Shown here: piece after piece, positions 61,201-64,000 of the stretch | Position numbering within the stretch: position 1 is the stretch's first letter | How the letters are laid out: the number at the start of each line of letters is the position of its first letter | DNA from: a virus | Strand: one strand, 5' to 3' | DNA: 64,000 nt | IMG/VR virus record: IMGVR_UViG_3300014502_000005 | Coordinates: 12,237-76,236 of that record | The notes under the pieces: generated by a model | Databases searched by the model: none | Seen by the model: the letters and a program-made list of their open reading frames with translations, nothing else | Told to the model about the DNA's origin: nothing | Translations under genes and position numbers: made by a program

Positions 61201-61300
61201 AGCCGATAACACGCAATAAAGCCCATTTGGCTGCGTAGTTTGGTGGTAACTTGACAAGTTTGTACAAGCCAAACGTGCCTTATTGCCACCGTTATAAGCC
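61201..61300 (+). repeat. attC-like hairpin D2
   Basis: AAC-AC-GCAATAAAGCCCATTTGGCT...AGCCAAACGTGCCTTATTGC-CACC-GTT. Confidence 0.8.
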
Positions 61301-61525
61301 ATTTAAAGAAGCCCGATTGTCCTTCTCAGATTTATCAATAGTTACTCCAATTATCTCATAAAATTCTTTATACTGAAAGGTTTCAATATACTTTTTAGCA
61401 TCTTTCTTCCTGAAAAATAACAATCCTGCAAAAACTTTATCTCCATCATAAAAAGTAATTTCTGTGTCAAATATCATGTTTTGCCAAATTGATTTCCCAT
61501 TGCGTTTTATTGCAAATGCTCTCAT
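61292..61525 (-). CDS. hypothetical protein, cassette D3
   Basis: stop codon in core GTTA. Confidence 0.6.
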   Translation of the reverse strand: MRAFAIKRNGKSIWQNMIFDTEITFYDGDKVFAGLLFFRKKDAKKYIETFQYKEFYEIIGVTIDKSEKDNRASLNGL

Positions 61526-61607
61526 AATAAAAATAATTAAAACGGCTTATAACACAGTGTATAGCCAATTAAAGCTGAGTATATCGCCATTGTTCATAAC
61601 GTTAACG

Positions 61608-62168
61608 TTATATATTAAAATTTTCAAATTTATGAAGATATCCTTTGATAGTCGCGTTCCCATCAGTAGCATTATCTCCGGTAAGAATAAAGTTTTTAAC
61701 CCCGCCTACTCCGCCCAAATGTGAAGCGGCCAGCATCCCAGATAAAGTTATTTTTACACCCCTAATTGTCTTGCCAATATATTTTGTAAGGTTGTTGTAT
61801 GCTAATATTTGCTTATTTCTTTCTAATAACCTAATCACACATTCTTTTTGTATTTTTCTGGAATTTAGAAATTGTCTTGTCGTTCCTTTATATCCTATAT
61901 CTTTTAGTGCGCAATCCATTAATTGCCAACGTCCCATAGCCCCTACACTATTTACTATTATCCAGGGATTATTAAATCCTTTGTAAGGGTAATACGTCGA
62001 ATCTTTTGTTTCTTCAAAGGCTAATTTTTCAAGGAATAATTCTAATTCTATTTTATCAATCACTTTTATTATTTTTATAATGTCATTAGTATTTGCTATG
62101 TCAGGAGCGTAAAGCTTAAAAGAAAAACAAAACAAAGCAATGGGTAGAATTAATTTCAAAATATTCAT
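61608..62168 (-). CDS. secreted lysozyme/transglycosylase-like protein
   Basis: signal-peptide-like N-terminus; E...GAMGRWQL and GMLAASHLGG motifs. Confidence 0.6.
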   Translation of the reverse strand: MNILKLILPIALFCFSFKLYAPDIANTNDIIKIIKVIDKIELELFLEKLAFEETKDSTYYPYKGFNNPWIIVNSVGAMGRWQLMDCALKDIGYKGTTRQFLNSRKIQKECVIRLLERNKQILAYNNLTKYIGKTIRGVKITLSGMLAASHLGGVGGVKNFILTGDNATDGNATIKGYLHKFENFNI

Positions 62169-62274
62169 AATTAATTTTTTAGTTAGTACTATTTTGTCGG
62201 TTCAAAATTACTTAAATTAAACTATAATTAATTATTGTTGTATATGTTTTAAAACATTGCTTTGTTTTGGATAA

Positions 62275-62478
62275 TTAACTGTAAAACAAGATTGCCGAAT
62301 CGTCGAAAGGTATCGGAGTAATTAATTGCTGATGCCAATGGGTAGATAGATCTAAAAAACATTGGTAATCTAGTTCTGATAACGTCCCCTTGGCCTTACT
62401 TTGTATTTCCCTACGCTCTTGTCTATTATTAGCTTTGCGGTAGCTAAAGAATAATTCGTCAATAATTGCCTGGTTCAT
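62275..62478 (-). CDS. hypothetical protein
   Basis: 67-aa ORF. Confidence 0.5.
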   Translation of the reverse strand: MNQAIIDELFFSYRKANNRQERREIQSKAKGTLSELDYQCFLDLSTHWHQQLITPIPFDDSAILFYS

Positions 62479-62493
62479 TTTGTTTATTTTTAG

Positions 62494-62667
62494 TTATTGA
62501 TTTAAATATGAAAATTTTATTTTATTGCCTTCTATGAATGTAAATAAAAAATGCTCTTGCGTTTTTTTTATTTGTGATCGGAGTATTTTGAAATATTTCA
62601 TTCTCACAAGATACTTTCTAAAAATAACGCTACCAGTAGAAGGGTCGTAAGTTGTCAAATGTTCCAT
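62494..62667 (-). CDS. hypothetical protein (57 aa, absent from the ORF track)
   Basis: MEHLTTYDPSTG...YLNQ fills the gap between neighbouring features. Confidence 0.45.
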   Translation of the reverse strand: MEHLTTYDPSTGSVIFRKYLVRMKYFKILRSQIKKTQEHFLFTFIEGNKIKFSYLNQ

Positions 62668-62746
62668 ATTTTGCGTATTTAAGGTTTAATTACAAATCTT
62701 TAAAAATATATCTTTTATAATATTGACTTTAAAGTAATTGTAATAT

Positions 62747-62773
62747 AAATTTTATATATAATAGTTAGCACCA
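62747..62773 (+). other. attI-like site E
   Basis: AAATTTTATATATAATAG|TT is identical to the cores of sites B and C. Confidence 0.75.
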
Positions 62774-63226
62774 ATTCAAAAAACATCGGTGCGTTTTTTC
62801 AAATGCTTGTTGAACTTTAATCATTACCTCATTTGGCGTATTCCCGAATATATTGCAATTACCATAACCTAAATTAGCATCGTATATATAAGGGAAATTA
62901 CAACAGAATTTATCAACTGTTGAAGGCACGGAAGCACTAGCGCACCCCTTTTGATTTATGTAAGCAAATGGAACTAATATTGATTTGCCAAAGTTTTTAT
63001 ATTCTGGCATTACTTTCGTTTTTACTCTCAAATATCCTCGTATTTGCCATCTACCAATATTATCAGGAGTTAAATCTATTTCATCATTAATTGTTACCTC
63101 TTTACATGCCTGTAAATAATGATAACGCCAAATAATGACAGGGCCAGAACTGGTGCTAACACCGCATAAAACCAATAAAGGTTTCAGTGCTTTTCGAAGG
63201 TTTGTAATTCTATTTAAGTGTTTCAT
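62765..63226 (-). CDS. hypothetical protein, cassette E1; starts inside the hairpin loop
   Basis: ATG at 63226 (MKHLNR); stop codon in the attI core. Confidence 0.6.
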   Translation of the reverse strand: MKHLNRITNLRKALKPLLVLCGVSTSSGPVIIWRYHYLQACKEVTINDEIDLTPDNIGRWQIRGYLRVKTKVMPEYKNFGKSILVPFAYINQKGCASASVPSTVDKFCCNFPYIYDANLGYGNCNIFGNTPNEVMIKVQQAFEKTHRCFLNWC

Positions 63227-63285
63227 GTATTGATAATTTAGTGTTTCAAAATCCTTTACTTGTCTTATGCAAACCGTTACAGGCA
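63151..63285 (+). repeat. attC-like hairpin E1
   Basis: AAC-AC-CGCATAAAACCAATAAAGG...CCTTTACTTGTCTTATGCA-AACC-GTT. Confidence 0.75.
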
Positions 63286-63288
63286 ATA

Positions 63289-64000
63289 CTACCACACTGC
63301 ATATTTGAGAATGTGTGCAATAATATCAACTGTCCAACCATCGCCTATGCAATCATACGCCTCATCGTAATTTAGTACGGAAGTATAGCCAATAGGCAAT
63401 GTTTGTAATTTTTCAAGTTCATTTTGTGAAAGATAGCGATATATGCCGTCTTTCAATAAATAATTTTCGTTCCATTTTCTATGTCCATTTGCTGTTAAGC
63501 ATCCACTTTTAGGGCATGGATTTACTCTTGTGTATCCTTTCTCAATGCTTTTTTTGCCGCTTTCATTTGTAAGCCAATCAATTCTACATTTATCAGCAAT
63601 TTGTCCATTAAAGTCAAAAACATCTTTTGTTATTATCTTTTTGTCATTTGGTTGCTTTATTCCTGGAATATTCGTCCAATAATATCTTGGTCTATTTTGT
63701 GCAGAAACAAGCCTGCTATTTATTGAAATTGGAATTACGCCTAATGTTTCTGTAATTATTTTAGTTGCTTCTTTATTTCCATGCGTGTTTTCAAAAAGAA
63801 AATAAACGTCTGGGTTTTCAATTTGTATTTCTCTCAGAACCCTAACAGCTTCATAAAACAATTTACTTTCATCATGGTCTAATCCTTCTTGGTTTTTATT
63901 TAATCTTGAAATACCCTTGCAAGGCGAACCAGCTAAAAATAAATGAATGTCATCTTCAATAAATCTTACGTGTGAAGGTGCTAAATCAACTTCAATCCCA
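63289..64000 (-). CDS. C5 cytosine DNA methyltransferase (5' end outside the window)
   Basis: the frame stays open to the window edge and includes AGSPC (motif IV); also FEN, QNRPR, LQTLP and IGDGW. Confidence 0.85.
   Translation of the reverse strand, partial: GIEVDLAPSHVRFIEDDIHLFLAGSPCKGISRLNKNQEGLDHDESKLFYEAVRVLREIQIENPDVYFLFENTHGNKEATKIITETLGVIPISINSRLVSAQNRPRYYWTNIPGIKQPNDKKIITKDVFDFNGQIADKCRIDWLTNESGKKSIEKGYTRVNPCPKSGCLTANGHRKWNENYLLKDGIYRYLSQNELEKLQTLPIGYTSVLNYDEAYDCIGDGWTVDIIAHILKYAVW

Larger units (their letters stand above)
60264..61607 (+). mobile_element. cassette array D (3 cassettes, last site degenerate)
   Basis: ends GTTAGCACCT/AGGTGCTAAC, mismatched ends in D2, GTTATAAGCC/GGCTTATAAC. 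Confidence 0.75.
62765..64000 (+). mobile_element. cassette array E (may continue beyond the window)
   Basis: ends GTTAGCACCA/TGGTGCTAAC; the next unit begins GTTACAGGCA. Confidence 0.7.

Noticed and set aside
45634-63285. Hairpins as ordinary intrinsic terminators or REP elements
   Set aside because: They lack poly-T tails and have long loops and fixed AAC/GTT ends. Complementarity across each gene is not explained by termination, and no REP-associated transposase is present.
45634-63285. CRISPR array
   Set aside because: The repeats are long, divergent and separated by whole genes; no cas operon is present.
45634-63285. Invertible (shufflon-like) segments
   Set aside because: Genes are flanked by short inverted sequences, but all genes share one orientation and the sites are asymmetric hairpins; excision/insertion fits better.
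1-64000. Alternative genetic code (stop reassignment as in some crAss phages)
   Set aside because: Standard code 11 gives dense, long, abutting ORFs, and TAA, TAG and TGA all act as stops.
1-64000. tRNA or rRNA genes
   Set aside because: None recognised by eye; a tRNAscan-SE run would be needed to exclude them.

Overview
AT-rich segment of a tailed dsDNA phage genome with a crAss-like (Crassvirales-type) virion module; TAnnTTTG promoter motifs and protein families point to a Bacteroidota host. The plus strand (1-45557) carries a 10-gene sugar-nucleotide/glycosyltransferase cluster, terminase, portal, scaffold, major capsid protein, tail fibre, ring and muzzle proteins, ejection proteins and lysis genes. 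The minus strand (45657-64000) carries DnaB, an initiator, SSB/exonuclease, an ATP-grasp enzyme, a C5 DNA methyltransferase and many small orphans. The main finding is an integron-like gene-cassette system spread over this arm: one tyrosine recombinase (54473-55279), five attI-like sites (core TATATAATAG|TT; three clear, two diverged) and 10 complete plus 2 truncated attC-like hairpins. These define up to 13 cassettes in five arrays, and most cassettes have cassette-specific complementary ends. Unlike classical integrons, all cassette genes point towards attI, the recombinase is short and seems to lack the IntI-specific insertion, and at least two satellite attI sites keep decayed stubs of the integrase 5' end. 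All protein assignments are from motifs and gene order read by eye; no searches were run.
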